Assembly: GCF_037042905.1 (NCBI RefSeq)
Contig: NC_087245.1
Coordinates: 39,620,001 to 39,684,000, forward strand
Direction: 5' to 3'
DNA from: Lytechinus pictus
Taxonomy: Eukaryota
DNA: 64,000 nucleotides
In this document: positions 25,916-39,165 of the stretch, one piece after another
How the letters are laid out: the number at the start of each line of letters is the position of its first letter
Position numbering within the stretch: the first letter of the stretch is position 1
The notes under the pieces: generated by a model
The model's input: only the letters and a program-made list of their open reading frames with translations
Databases searched by the model: none
What the model was told of the DNA's origin: nothing
Translations under genes and position numbers: made by a program

Positions 25916-27640
25916 ATGTGGACCCAGATACCAGAAGACTTCAACTATGTCAATGAAGAGCACGCTAAGACAATGCCCGCTGTAGTCAAGCCTGTGTACT
26001 TTCGAGAATCAGAACCACCACTGCGTGCTATCGAGGAACCTGCCATCGAGGAGCATGCCATTGACGAACATGTCATCGATAAACCTGCCTTACAAGAACC
26101 TCCTAGCTCTGAAACCCCAACAGTTGTTATTCCAGAGGTTCCATCTATGGACGAAGAGTCATCACTACAGCAAATGGAAATTGATTCCCCAGCTGATGCA
26201 AGCCCATTGACTTCAAATGGCTCATCAAGTCCAACTTCATCAAGTTCCTCGTCTACATCATCCAGATCAACAGATTTGTCATACGAAGCTTCAGACGAAT
26301 CCTCTGATTCAGAGGAAGACTCAGATGCAGTAAAGTTTGCCACACAAAAGAACTTCATTGTGGCAGAGAGCAGCCTTAATGATCTTCTCTTAGGGTTGAA
26401 GTGTCAAGCTTGCCAAGATGGGCACATAGCTTAACTGAAGAAATACCAAACTGGCACCATGGTGACTGTCAATGTAAATTGTGTCTGTGGAAATCTTGTC
26501 ACAAAATGGTCATCCCAACCCACCATTGGTCGACAGCCTGTAGGCAACATCCTTACCGCAGGAGCAATACTGCTAGGGGGGCAATCTTATGAGAAGATGG
26601 CATTTTTTGCAAGTTTACTCAACTTAGAATTTATCTCACGGACAACGTTCAATGGAATTCAGGAGTCGATGCTCTTCCCTACTATTAATACTTTTTACCA
26701 GCAAGAGATTCGGGAGTGCAGGGAAGCAGTACGAGGAAGACTTGTCACTGTTATTGCAGATGGCCGTTGCGATTCACCCGGCTACAATGCGAAGTACTGT
26801 ACTTATACCTGCATGGATTCTGCTACGTATAAAGTCATTGCCATGGCTTTAGTCCAGGTTTCGCAAGCCAATAGTTCAGTCGCTATGGAGAAGGTGGGCT
26901 GTAAGATGTCGTTGGATGACATGCTGGCTGCTGGGGTCGAAGTTAAGATTTTCGCCACTGATCGGCACGGTGGTATAAGAAAGATGCTGCGAGAGGAGTA
27001 CGAATGGATTGATCATCAGTTTGATGTATGGCATTTCGCCAAATCGGTTGTGAAGAGACTAACCAACAAGGCAAAGACCAGAGATTGTCAGGATCTTGCA
27101 CCGTGGATACAGCATATCTCTAATCATATTTGGTGGTCTAGCCAAAACTGCAGAGAGGATCCGGACATGCTAGTAGAAATGTTACAATCCATGACACATC
27201 ATCTAGTTGACGTACACACTTGGAACTCTGGAGAAAAATTCCACGAGTGTGCCCATGCACCACTGACTGATGACGAAACTGAAGAGAGAAAGTGGCTTGA
27301 GCCGGGATCCAAAGCGCATGAAGCCGTTCAGCAAGTCATTTTTGACAAGCTACTAGTGAAAGATATGAAGCATCTGACAAAGGCCTGCCACACTGGTGTA
27401 CTAGAATCATACCATGGACTATACTTAAAGTATTGTCCAAAGAGGCAGCACTTTTTCTACCCAGCGATGCTTGCAAGGGCAGTTGACAGTACTTGACCAT
27501 AATGCAAACATAGGAAGAAGTCAAGCAACAATCATTCGTCCAAGAAAAGGACCCGGCAAGAAAGGAGAGGCACGCTACAAGTATGCATATTCCAAAGGAG
27601 CAAGAGCATGGGGTAAGAAGGTGCTAGAGCACAAGGAGTA
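25916..27640 (+). mobile_element. Kolobok-type DDE transposase with two frameshifts
   Basis: ORFs 25916-26434, 26459-27496 and 27471- join up: CQAC, WSSQP, ADGRCDSPGYNAKYCTY, ATDRH, HQFDVWH, LESYH...PKR, LDHNAN. Confidence 0.8.
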
Positions 27641-29199
27641 TGCTTATATTTTTAAACCCTTAAAGAGGATTTCAGATCTCGTATTTTTTGGCAACCCTAT
27701 TTGGGTATTTATTTTTATTTACAGCTTCCTAAAAGCCATCCCCCCAAAAAAAGGCCAAATAAAAATAATTGAGAAAAGGAACCTTTTTATATTCTTTCCA
27801 CATCAAAGTGTAAAAATCAACCAGGATAAAATAAAATCTTTGAAACAATAAAAGATAATTTTTGTAACAAATTTCTTTGACTAGGTCTGGAATCAAACTG
27901 AAATTTGGCAAGGGGCAGTTTTCCCCAGGCAAGATTTTCCCACATTCCAATCTCCCTTGCTATTTTCTATCCTTTCCGTCAACGACACATCCCCCACCAC
28001 CTGGGTGAATATTTCAATGAAATAATACAAACATTCAATTAAAATACAAAAAGACACTTAGGGTAAATGTTTAATCTGGAGTATCAAACAAAATAAACAA
28101 AACATACTTTAATGAACCCAACTAAAAATGTGTCCCATACTTCCATTAACAGTCGAAAAATCTGGCACACACTTCCATCCAAAGGTTCAACCATGAAAGC
28201 GCCCTTGGTCCCATTTTACATCCTTTAAAAATATCATCCAAACAAGGCATTTGGGGGAGAATTTAATCGAAATTTGTCATTAATTTCATAATATAGATTC
28301 TAAAGATGGAATCCAAACCATTTTCTTATGAATTTTGTTTAACATTTGTTCATAAACTTAATTTGAAAAGGTGTCTCACATTTCCCTAACCATAGTTTTG
28401 TGTACTTTAGTAAGCAAAAACCACAAAAATTAAAAAAATATTACGACAAATTTAAAGCGTTTTCAGAAACAATGTGATTTCAGAATTTAAATTTTTCTCA
28501 TTAAAATTACAGTTTGGGTAGAAAAAAAGAATATAGTATTCAAGACTAATGCATAAATCATCTGTTGAGCATTTTTAAAATTGTTTAAATCGAGCAGAAA
28601 ATAAAAAGTGAAATCCACTTTGTAAGGCTGAATTACCATTTTCCGTTATTCCCTCTTTTCAATACTATATGGGGCAGGTCTTGTTAACATCTTCCATATA
28701 CAAGGCGAAAGTTTCTAAAACTGACAAAAAGAGGAGTAGTGAATTGAAATTTCGTGAAAGAATTAAAATTGTCAGTATTTGAGGCGATAAAGCATCAAAT
28801 TTTGTTCAAAAACATGAAATTTCAACTTTATACTTTGCAAAACAAACAAGTAATTTGCGAGACCCACACTTCCACCCCTTGTACAAAACAAATGGGCGGA
28901 TATAACACGAGATAGCGTGAAATTTTCAAGATTGTTATCATTTCTCAAAGATAGCGTGTCTCTTTTGCCAGAGGGGGAGAGAGAGAGTTAGAGGATTTGT
29001 ATGGCCTTTTGTAGAGACTGGAGAGATAGAGAGCAAAAGAGCGAGTCAGTGGTAAGTTCTGGGTATCGTGACTCTGGGTCTGGTGGTTATTATTTTAAGA
29101 ACGGAGGAGTATTTTGAGGAAAATTTGATGGACTCTTCCAGCTTTGCTACCCTAGAGGGTTGAGCTCGCAACTCATAACTCCCACTCCCAAGGTGGTAC

Positions 29200-30110
29200 A
29201 TCTAACCCCGAGTCATCACGGATCTGCTTGCACGGCTTGGCCTCTCCTTCGGAAGGGAACCAGCGAAGCAAGGTGAAGTGGACTGGGAGACATTTCACAA
29301 TGTCACGAAGGAAACAGCCACCATGGCTGGTCTGAACGAGCAATCAAAACGTTGCGACTCTACCTCCTTTTGCCTGCCAAAGACTTTGCTAAGCAAGTCT
29401 CGGCAGGCACCACTTCATCTCCTTGCCTATTTGGACAGCATCTATGGTGCTGTTCAAAACAATAACCTGCTGCTTCAGGAATTCATGGGTTTGGTCCAGG
29501 GTAAGGACGAAAAACAATAAGATTTTCTGAAGCGACTCCAATTGAAGGAAAGTAGACAAGTTGAGGTGGGGAGAGTTCTCCAACCAAGCAGCTACTCAAA
29601 AGCTTCTCGATAAATAAGCTAGGATGTCATGACTAAATACCTCTTCACTGTAACAAATCTTCATAATCAGATTATAGCACCCCCTTTTTCGAAATTAATT
29701 AGTATTATAAGAGAGGCAGAGGCAACCAGGACGCCAAGATGGCCCAATACAAGCCCAACCACAAAACAGGCTGTAGTTATGTCCAACAATTTGAGAACAT
29801 GAGTTTATACCATACTGAGCACCAAAAAAAAAAAACCCATCAAAACATAATCAACTCCAGAAAAGCTCTAGCAAAGGAGCATCTTCCAACAAACCCAAGT
29901 CCAATCCCTCCATATCCCGTCCCAAATCAGCCCATCAATGCCCAGTTAGGGAGTTCTAGTTTGCTGCTTCAAGTGTGGCGAGTTTGATCACTTTCGGGAT
30001 GATTGTGAAAACCCAATGAACGAAGAACTAAAGAAAAGAATTTGGCTAAAAGAGATCAAATCATGAAGGCCTAGGAGGCAATGAATGAATCAAAACCTGT
30101 CAGAAGTCTC
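29200..30110 (+). mobile_element. PNMA-type Gypsy gag fragment with CCHC knuckle (partial copies 32667-33290 and 34583-35260)
   Basis: KQGEVDWETF...AYLDSIYGAV...EFMGLVQGKDEK.DFLKRLQ, and CFKCGEFDHFRDDCENP at ~29965. Confidence 0.8.
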
Positions 30111-30149
30111 CCAAACGAATAAAGACCTGTCAGTGGACGGATAGGTGGT

Positions 30150-30590
30150 CACGTCTTTTCCCGACAATCAGTGGAAAGAACATTTTCGGATGTCGAAACA
30201 GACATTTGAATACCTTGCCAATGAACTATGTTGAGTTTTGGAGAAGGAAACAATGGATTGAAAACAGCCCATCCGCTACAAATAGAGGTTTTCCGCAGTG
30301 TTGTGGTGGTTGGTAACCCCAGTGGAATACAGAACCGCAGCGACCTTATTTGGAAGCAGAAAAGCAACACTCTGCTACATTCTTTGAGAGGTCTCCCGAG
30401 GCATTCTTGACCGTTTATTCAACAGATACATTGTTCTTCCACAAAGAGAAAGATTGGAAGAAGTTGTGGAAGGATTCCAGAGGAGAGGCTTCCCTCAATG
30501 TGCTGGTGCTATCGATGGCACACATTTGCCTGTCATTGCCCCTGTTTACAGCCCTGCCAATTTAAATATATATCAAAAGGGATGGTAGCC
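30150..30590 (+). mobile_element. Harbinger (HARBI1-like) transposase N-terminal fragment (copies 33305-33730 and 35265-35705)
   Basis: FRMSKQTFEYLANEL...VLWWL.TPVEYRT.A.LFG...RGFPQCAGAIDGTH. It lies in a different frame from the ORF-track calls. Confidence 0.85.
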
Positions 30591-31624
30591 AAGTCTCCAT
30601 CTAGTTTTTCAGAAAATTGAAACAGAGTATGACTTAAATCTTTTCAATACTACGTTTTCATTGTATTGTGATTCAGTACCCACTACCATTCATATTTGCA
30701 GAAGACACAAGTGATTTCACTAATGCAAAGGTTTACATGAATTCAGTATTATGTTCAGTGTGTGACACTAATATTTCTTTTGAAAAAGAATTACATGACA
30801 ATCAACCTTGCCAATTTCTATATATATCGAAAGGGACGGCAGCCAAGAATCTATCTAGTTTTTAAAGCTGAACATGTAAATATGCATTATTTGCACTTGA
30901 AGGTATGAGAATTAAGACAAAAGACTTGATAGAGAGGGAGTGGAATACCTTATTGTGTACGGATTCCCTCGGTCGGTTAGAAAAATCCAGCGGAAATGGA
31001 AAAAAAGCCTGAAGACTAAGCCTGAGTCATATCGATTATTTTGAAACCGGTGTTCGACAGCTTTAATTCGATCGAACTTCGATGCATCGAAATTTTGAAG
31101 GCGGGGAAAATCGAGTCATTTTTTTTTTGCTCCGGCCGTCGTGTCGATGCGCTACATGCACGCACTGCATGCACTGACAGTACGGTATGCGCTGGCCGGC
31201 CAGGTGAGAGTTGCACAAGCAGATGACAGAGCAAAGTTCGTTTGCATTTTCCATGATCACAAAACACAAAAAAGGCCGGGGACCAATGCAGAATTCTTCC
31301 CAAAATATCTTCAACAATGATATTTGCAGATGACAACATATAAGTTTAAAATGAAACAATATTAAAGACATGAATCACGCAGAGTCGATCCGAATGATTT
31401 TCGGTCAACTAGCATACGCAGTCCAGACTCGCACACACCAGCACCGTACACTCACTCTCCCGAAACGACAGGCGTGCTTGCCAGTGCCAGCAAACAAGTG
31501 CAACCAGCGGAGAGCGCTGTAACTTGTCTGAGATTGTGTAGTTGGCGGGGTAGTTGGATCCAAAATGAGCTCTAAATAAATTGATGGGAATAATTACGTA
31601 GTTTTCTCTGGGTGGTCATTTGAA

Positions 31625-34600
31625 TTGGTATTCAATGCTAATATAACGATTGTGAGGAAAGATTGTGGAATATGAATGGCAAGCTTTAATAAACTGCATT
31701 TGGAAGTAATGTATAAATGAGTACAGTATTGAAGGAAGGCTTGTAATGGGAAGTTTGAGGTGTACCAAGGCATTGTATGTGGATGTATTTCTCTCAATTT
31801 TGTTGTTATGTTGCAGGCACGGGATGAGATGTCTGCAGAGTGGCGCAAAAGGTGGCAACCTTCATGTGCCATTCGTTAGAAACTGCTGAGCAGTATTACA
31901 CTGCAAGATTTAAGACCTCCCAGAACATTGAATGTCGCGATAAGGTGTGTAGTCTTCTTCTTGGATAGGTATTTATCCTTTATTATGCAATGAATATATC
32001 AAATCTGTTATTGCTACCCTAATATTACATGTTTTAATGATATTGTCTTTGATATCACATGACTCTTGCTTTAAGATACTTGCAACTGCCAAATAAAAAT
32101 AAAAAACATTTACTTCTTATCTAACCCCTAATTTTGATTTGACTTCTTAATCTTATCCAATCCCAGTAATATGTGTAATATTTTGCACGTTATAAGCACT
32201 GGACCAATGTGTTATAGTCTATGTGGAACCTTTCTCAGTGGAGCTTACTCAAAGACAAAAGAACACAAGTGAATTTACAACCTAACTACCAGTAGTTGAT
32301 TTTGTTATTAGGTAATTGTACCGACTACAAATTCAATCAAACAATTTTATCCTCCTTATGCCTGCATTGTACTATCAGTGAGCAAAGAACACATTCTTTT
32401 GTTTGGGGCCAGTACAGATTTTAACCTGCATATATATTATGCTTCAGATTTGTAGTGTGAAATTGATAACTATTTATAAATTCAATCCTACATGTTTCCT
32501 TAAAATCAACAGCAGCCAGAAATGCAGGAGCAGACTGCTTCCGAGCCACAAGAGGAAAGCGCTCCTGAATGTCCTGTAGATGATCGTCATGATGATCATG
32601 AACATGCTGGACCATCAACGAGGCAGACGACCGCCCTAGAAAGTACTCCGGCACAGGAACCATCTAAGGTGCTGTTCAAAACAAGAACCTGCTGCTAAAG
32701 GAATTTATGGGTTGATTCCAGGGTGAGGATGAAAAACTATCAGGTTTTCTGAAGTGACTCCAACTGAAGGAAAAAAGACAAGATGAGGTGGGGGGAGTTC
32801 TCCCAACAAGCAGCAACTCAAAAGCTGCTCGATGAATATAAGCTAGGATGTCATGACGAATACCTCTTGACCATAACAAATCTTCATAATCAGATTATAG
32901 CACACCCTTTTTCGAAATTAATTAGCATTGTGAGAGGCTGAGAAAACCAGGACTGCCAAGATGGCAAATACAAGCCCAACCACAAACAGGCTGTAGTTTC
33001 GTCCAACAGTTTGAGAACATGAGTTTATACCATACTGAGCACCAAAACCCAAGTCCAATCCCTCCACATCCCATCCCAAGTCAGCCCCTCAATGCCGAGT
33101 TAGGGTTCTACGTGTAGTTTGCTTCAAGTGTGGCGAGTTTGATCACCTTCTGGATGATGGTGAAAAACCCACCAAATGAAGACCTAAAAAATATAAATTT
33201 AGCCGAAAGAGATTAAATTATTAAGGCCTAGGAGGCAATGAATGAATCCAAACCTGTCAGGAGTCCCCCAAACGAATAAAGACCTCTGTCAGTGGGCAGA
33301 TAGGTGGTCAAGTCTTTTACCGACAATCAGCGAGAAAGAAAATTTTCCGATGTCGAAACAGACATTTGAATACCTTGCCAATGAACTACGTCCAGTTTTG
33401 GAGAAGGAAACAATGAATTGGAAACAGTCCATCCACTACAAATGGAGTTTTCTGCAGTGTTGTGGTGATTGGTAACCCCAGTGGAATACAGAACCGTGGC
33501 AACCTTATTTGGAATCAGAAAAGCAACACTCTGCTACATTCTTTGAGAGGTCTCCCGAGGCATTCTTGACCGTGTATTCAACAGATACATTGTTCTTCCA
33601 CAAGGAGAAAGACTGGAAGAAGTTGTGGAAGGATTCCAGAGGAGAGGCTTCCCTCAGTGTGCTGGTGCTATCGATGGCACACATTTGCCTGTCATTGCCC
33701 CTGTTTACAGCCCTGCCAATTTAAATATATATTGGTATTCAATGCTGATATAATGATTGTGAGGAAAGATTGTGGAATGTGCCATTCGTTAGAAACTGCT
33801 GAGCAGTATTACACTGCAAGATTTAAGACCTCCCAGAACATCGAATGCCGCGATAAGGTGTGGAGTCTTCTTCTTGGATAGGTATTTATCCTTTATTATG
33901 CAATGATTAATATATCAAATCTGTTATTGCTACCCTAATATTACATGTTTTAATGATATTGTCTTTGATATCAGATGACTCTTGCTTTAAGATACTTGCA
34001 ACTGCCAAATAAAAATAAAAAACATTTACTTCTTATCTAACCCCTAATTTTGATTTGACTTCTTAATCTTATCCAATCCCAGTAACATGTGTAATATTTT
34101 GCACGTTATAAACACTGGACCAAGGTGTTATTGTCTATGTGGAACCTTTCTCAGTGGAGCTTACTCAAAGACAAAGGAACACAGGTGAATTTACAACTTA
34201 ACTACCAGTAGTTGATTTTGTTATTAGGTAATTGTACCGACTACAAATTCAATCAAACAATTTTATCCTCCTTATGCCTGCATTGTACTATCAGTGAGCA
34301 AAGAACACATTCTTTTATTTGGGGTCAGTACAGATTTTAACCTGCATATATATTATGCTTCAGATTTGTAGTGTGAAATTGATAACTATTCATGAATGCA
34401 ATCCTACATGTTTCCTTAAAATCAACAGCAGCCAGAAATGCAGGAGCAGACTGCTTCCGAGCCACAAGAGGAAAGCGCTCCTGAATGTCCTGTAGATGAT
34501 CGTCATGATGATCATGACCATGCTGGACCATCAACGAGGCAGACGACCGCCCTAGAAAGTACTCCGGCACAGGAACCATCTATGGTGCCAATCAAAACAA

Positions 34601-36285
34601 TAACCTGCTGCTAAAGGAATTTATCGGTTGATTCCAGGGTGAGGATGAAAAACCATCAGGTTTTCTGAAGCGACTCCAACTGAAGGAAAGAAGACAAGTT
34701 GAGGTGGGGGGAGTTCTCCCAACAAGCAGCAACTCAAAAGCTGCTCGATGAATATAAGCTAGGATGTCATGATGGATACCTCTTGACCGCAACAAATCTT
34801 CATAATCAGATTATAGCACCCCCTTTTTTCGAAATTAATTAGCATTGTGAGAGAGGCTGAGACAACCAGGACTGCCAAGATGGCAAATACAAGCCCAACC
34901 ACAAAACAGGCTGTAGTTTCGTCCAACTATTTGAGAACATGACTTTATACCATACTGAGTACCAAAAAGATAAACATAATAAACTCCAGAAAAGCTCTAG
35001 CATCTTCCAACAAACCCAAGTCCAATCCCTCCACATCCCGTCCCAAGTCAGCCCTTCGATGCCCAGTTAGAGTTCTAGTTTGCTTCTAGTGTGGCGAGTT
35101 TGATCACCTTTGGGATGATTGTGAAAACCCACTGAAAGAAGAACTAAAGAATAGAAATTTAGCCGAAAGAGATTGAATTATTAAGGCCTAGGAGGCAATG
35201 AATGAATCCAAACCTTTCAGAAATCCCCCAAACGAATAAAGACCCCTGTCAGTGGGCAGACAGGTGGTCAAGTCTTTTACCGACAATCAGTGGAAAGAAC
35301 ATTTTCAGATGTCGAAACAGACATTTGAATACCTTGCCAATGAACTACGTCCAGTTTTGGAGAAGGAAACAATGGATTGAAAACAGCCCATCCACTACAA
35401 ATGGAGATTTTCCGCAGTGTTGTGGTGGTTGGTAACCCCAGTGGAATACAGAACCGTGGCGACCTTATTTGGAATCAGAAAAGCAACACTCTGCTACATT
35501 CTTTGAGAGGTCTCCCGAGGCATTCTTGACCGTTTATTCAACAGATACATTGTTCTTCCACGAGGAGAAAGATTGGAAGAGGTTGTGGCGGGATTCTAGA
35601 GGAGAGGCTTCCCTCAGTGTGCTGGTGCTATCGATAGCACACATTTGCCTGTCATTGCCCCTGTTTACAGCTCTGCCAATTTAAATATATATCGAAAGGG
35701 ATGGTAGCCAAGTCTCCATCTAGTTTTTAGAGTTCAGAAATTGAAACAGAGTATGACTTAGATCTTTTTGATACTACATTTTCATTGTATTGTGATTCAG
35801 TACCCACTACCATTCATATTTGCAGAAGACACAAGTGAACTCACTAATGCAAAGGTTTACATGAATTTAGTATTATGTTCAGTGTGTGACACTAATATTT
35901 CTTTTAAAAAAAAATTACACGACAATCAACCTTTCCGATTTCTATATATATATATATATATCGAAAAGGACGGCAGCCAAGAATCCATCTAGTTTTTAAG
36001 AGTTCAGAAAATTAAACTAATATTTCTTTTGAAAAAGAATTACACGACAATCAACCTTGCCGATATATATATATATATATATATATATCTAAAGGGACGG
36101 CAGCCAAGAATCCATATAGTTTTAAAGCTGAACGTGTAATATGCATTATTTGCACTTGAAGGTATAAGAATTAAGACAAAAGACTTGATAGAAGGGGAGC
36201 AGAATACCTTATTATGCACGGAATCCCTCAGTCTGCTAGGAAAATCCAGCGGAAATTGAAAAAAAAGCCTGAAAACTAAACTTGT
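31625..36285 (+). repeat. Tandem segmental duplication, ~1.9-kb period
   Basis: A unit of YR exon, intron, exon, gag and Harbinger fragment is repeated (for example ORF 32421 vs 34337, offset 1916). A third gag-Harbinger copy is at 29440-31015. Confidence 0.9.
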
Positions 36286-36998
36286 AAATAGGCATTATTG
36301 ACATTATTTGCCCATTTCAACTGACACAAATCTTGAAATGAAATTGTTACACTTATTTCCAAATGTAAAAGAGCAAAGACAGAGAACGTGGAAGAGGGGA
36401 GCAGAGCACAATCCTGCTAGAATGCAAAGAAGTAAATATGTGGAGGATACAAAAATCACAGTACGCATCTTGTGAATACTGTAGACATGAGTGCAATGGT
36501 GCACGATGTTACGAGGTGAAAATTCTGTCGCTATCTTATATCGAATACGAAAGCTTGATTTTTCCATGAACAAGAATAAGAATATTTGTTGTGAATTTGT
36601 AAATTGGCTCAGAAGTTTGTTGGAGATCAACTACACATCTCAATCAACCTTTATCTTATAATGTCACATTAAATCAATACGTTTGATGCTTTGATGCCCT
36701 CTGCAACAGAGTTTCACCCCAAGGATGTTTTGTTTTGGTGAATGTTGTAAATTTTGCCAAAAATGGCAATTGTTCTCTAATTCATTATTGTGGTAAAATT
36801 TACAGGTTGGTCATGATTGGAATTGTATGAATCTTTTCGTTAATGACTGATGTGTCTCATTTGCAACTTTTCTGCGATTGACATTGTGCAGATGGTGGTG
36901 AGCTGAATGGGGATTCTAAATGAAATGATACTAGAAAAAATAGCGAAGGAGGTGAAGGAAGGAGTAATTGAACCTGAGGAAGCAGGCTTTCGCTCATC

Positions 36999-37592
36999 TC
37001 AAGTCTTCATTGAAAGCAGCACGGCTTGGATGTTCGGCAGTACACCGACTTGTGCGTTTGTCACACCACCCAAGAGTTTGTTCAGTTCCTCGCTGTCACG
37101 TACGATGAGCTGAAGGTGATAAGGGATGATCCTAGACTTCTTGTTTCTTGTACATGAGCAGCATTACCAGCAAGTTCCAAGATTTGGGCAGTCAGTGTAA
37201 CAAGTACATTCTGGAGAACAGACTAAGGAAAGGAAAAGAATATGATGGATGCGAATACGTCTTTGTTGAGACTGTAATGTGTTGAAATTGAATGCCGGAA
37301 GCTGTTTTGTGTCTTAGTATACTTTATAGCAGTCAATTTACATTAGACATGGGACCAGGGGGAGACTGCTGCTATATAAATTAAAACAGCTAACAGCGGG
37401 ACCTGATCTTGTAACAGTCAGGTTTTTCAGTAGTGCTGCCATGAAGATGGGTGCTCCAGCACCTACACTCTGTGCATAGTTGCCATTGCAAAGAAACTGG
37501 CGAACACATCCCACTAGGACCTGAAGACCTATGCAGGATGAGCGAGCCTTTGCCTTGGTTCAGGCCTTTCCACTCTTCCCTCTTTCAAACAT
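36999..37592 (-). pseudogene. H2A: Histone H2A pseudogene (orphon), early-type, split by a solo LTR
   Basis: [54 protein letters not shown] // [13 protein letters not shown] / [48 protein letters not shown]. Confidence 0.9.
37196..37416 (+). mobile_element. Solo LTR
   Basis: TGTAACAAG...CTTGTAACA ends, 5-bp TSD GTCAG on both sides, and TATATAA/ATTAAA near the 3' part. Confidence 0.75.
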
Positions 37593-37709
37593 GATGTTTT
37601 ACTATTGAGACGAGATGATAGAGAGTTGAAGATACATGTTAGACCAGAGAAATATCAATTTTGGGAATAATAAGAGACAGAATTTATCACAAAAATATTC
37701 TTGGTGGAC

Positions 37710-37952
37710 AATCCGCTCACATGACCCTTTTAGAAAACTTGTGAAGGAATGCATATGAAAATGACAAAGTGATTATATTATATTTATTTTTTTTCAAGAG
37801 AAATTTGGAAGTAACTGTGATTTCTTTAACCTAATGCCAGGGTCTTTCCCCCTTTTTATTCTTTATGGTGGGTAATCCGCTCAAATGACCCTTTTAGAAA
37901 ACTTGTGAAGGAATGCATATGAAAATGACAAAGTGATTATATTATATTTATT
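37710..37952. repeat. ~80-bp direct duplication
   Basis: AATCCGCTCA.ATGACCCTTTTAGAAAACTTGTG...ATATTTATTT at ~37710 and ~37874. Confidence 0.8.
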
Positions 37953-38199
37953 TCAAAAGCCTTTCTGAAATGGATCTGAGGACTGCCCAGCCTGTCCTTC
38001 ATATTTCATGTTGTACCCTGTCCCTGTTGCTATGGTAATCTTCCCAAGAGCACACAGATAAAATACTATGGGACATATTATTACCCAACATGGAGCAACC
38101 TGATCATATGCCGCTTTTTACATTGGAAAAGAGCTACTCTGCAAATTGAACAGCATGAAAAATCTTCTACCCACATGGAAGCAGAGGGTCATCCATTAC

Positions 38200-39165
38200 T
38201 AATGTGACTGAGAATGATCTGTGATTCTGTATCTCTACAACTCAAGGAACCTCAAGATAGGAGAGGGTTTTGGTATATTTGTGACTGACCCGAAGGTCTC
38301 TCAGTTTGGGCAGCTCAGCATCTCGAGGATGAACTAATTAAATACCGAATAGTACGTGGTATTACGGAGCTGAACTTGAGAGAAAGCCTGGCATGCTCTA
38401 AGTTCAAGACTTGATGATTTGGAAAAAAGAAGAATGGAAGATGCAGTGTACTATTAATGGAGTGAATGTTGACTTTAACCTTAAGACTCTGCAGCCCAAG
38501 TTAACATTCTGCCAGAACATATCTTCGACTTCAGGAATGGGAATTCAAACCTTGATGAGGGTGAGATTACGTTCATATTCAAAGCATGTTATGATTCCAC
38601 TGGGGATAAAATGGGCCCGAAGCAGCGTAAGGAGTCAAAACTCAGAGAAGAAGCAGCAGCAGCAGCTAGCCCGGCATCTTTGGGGGACAAGGCTCGCGAT
38701 AGTTTGCATGATGATTTTGAATCGTACGTTCGTAAAAATTTGGAAACTTTGGTTGGAGGTCAGAAGCAGTTAGAAATTAAGCTCGCAGCCTCAATTGAAT
38801 TCGACTCTCAGAGAATAGCAGAACTAGAATCAGCTAAAGACAAATTGGAACAGAAAGTACCTTTGTGACTGAAAGACATGAATTTGATGAAGAGAATTAA
38901 TGATGATATTGATGATGTGACAACGAAAGTGACATAGCAATCAAGCAAAGCTAACGACGCTCCCACTCGCGCATGCGAGCATAAGCAATCAAAACCCATT
39001 CTGAGTCGTTCGTTCAATGACCCTACCAAGACGCATACGGACCTTACAGGATTAGGGAGACTACGCAATCATGAGTACACTATTGCTATTAGACAAGACG
39101 TGGAGCCTGTAAAGTGCCTGCCCAAACAATTCCACATAAGATAAAGAGACAATTTAAGGATGAAA
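38200..39165 (+). mobile_element. Heavily deleted Gypsy gag-protease-RT remnant
   Basis: GEGFGIFVTD..; LEDELIKYRIVRGITELNLRESL; INGVNVDF.LDSAAQVNILP..VRLRSYS; LTGLGRLRNHEYTIAIRQDVEPV. Confidence 0.75.
38611..38950 (+). mobile_element. L1/Tx1-like ORF1 coiled-coil fragment
   Basis: MGPKQRKE...QKQLEIKLAASIEFDSQRIAELESAKDKLEQKV, interrupting the Gypsy remnant. Confidence 0.5.

Noticed and set aside
33509..33724. Triplicated 71-aa ORF MESEKQHSATFF... as a small gene family
   Set aside because: It is an alternative frame of the duplicated Harbinger transposase fragment.
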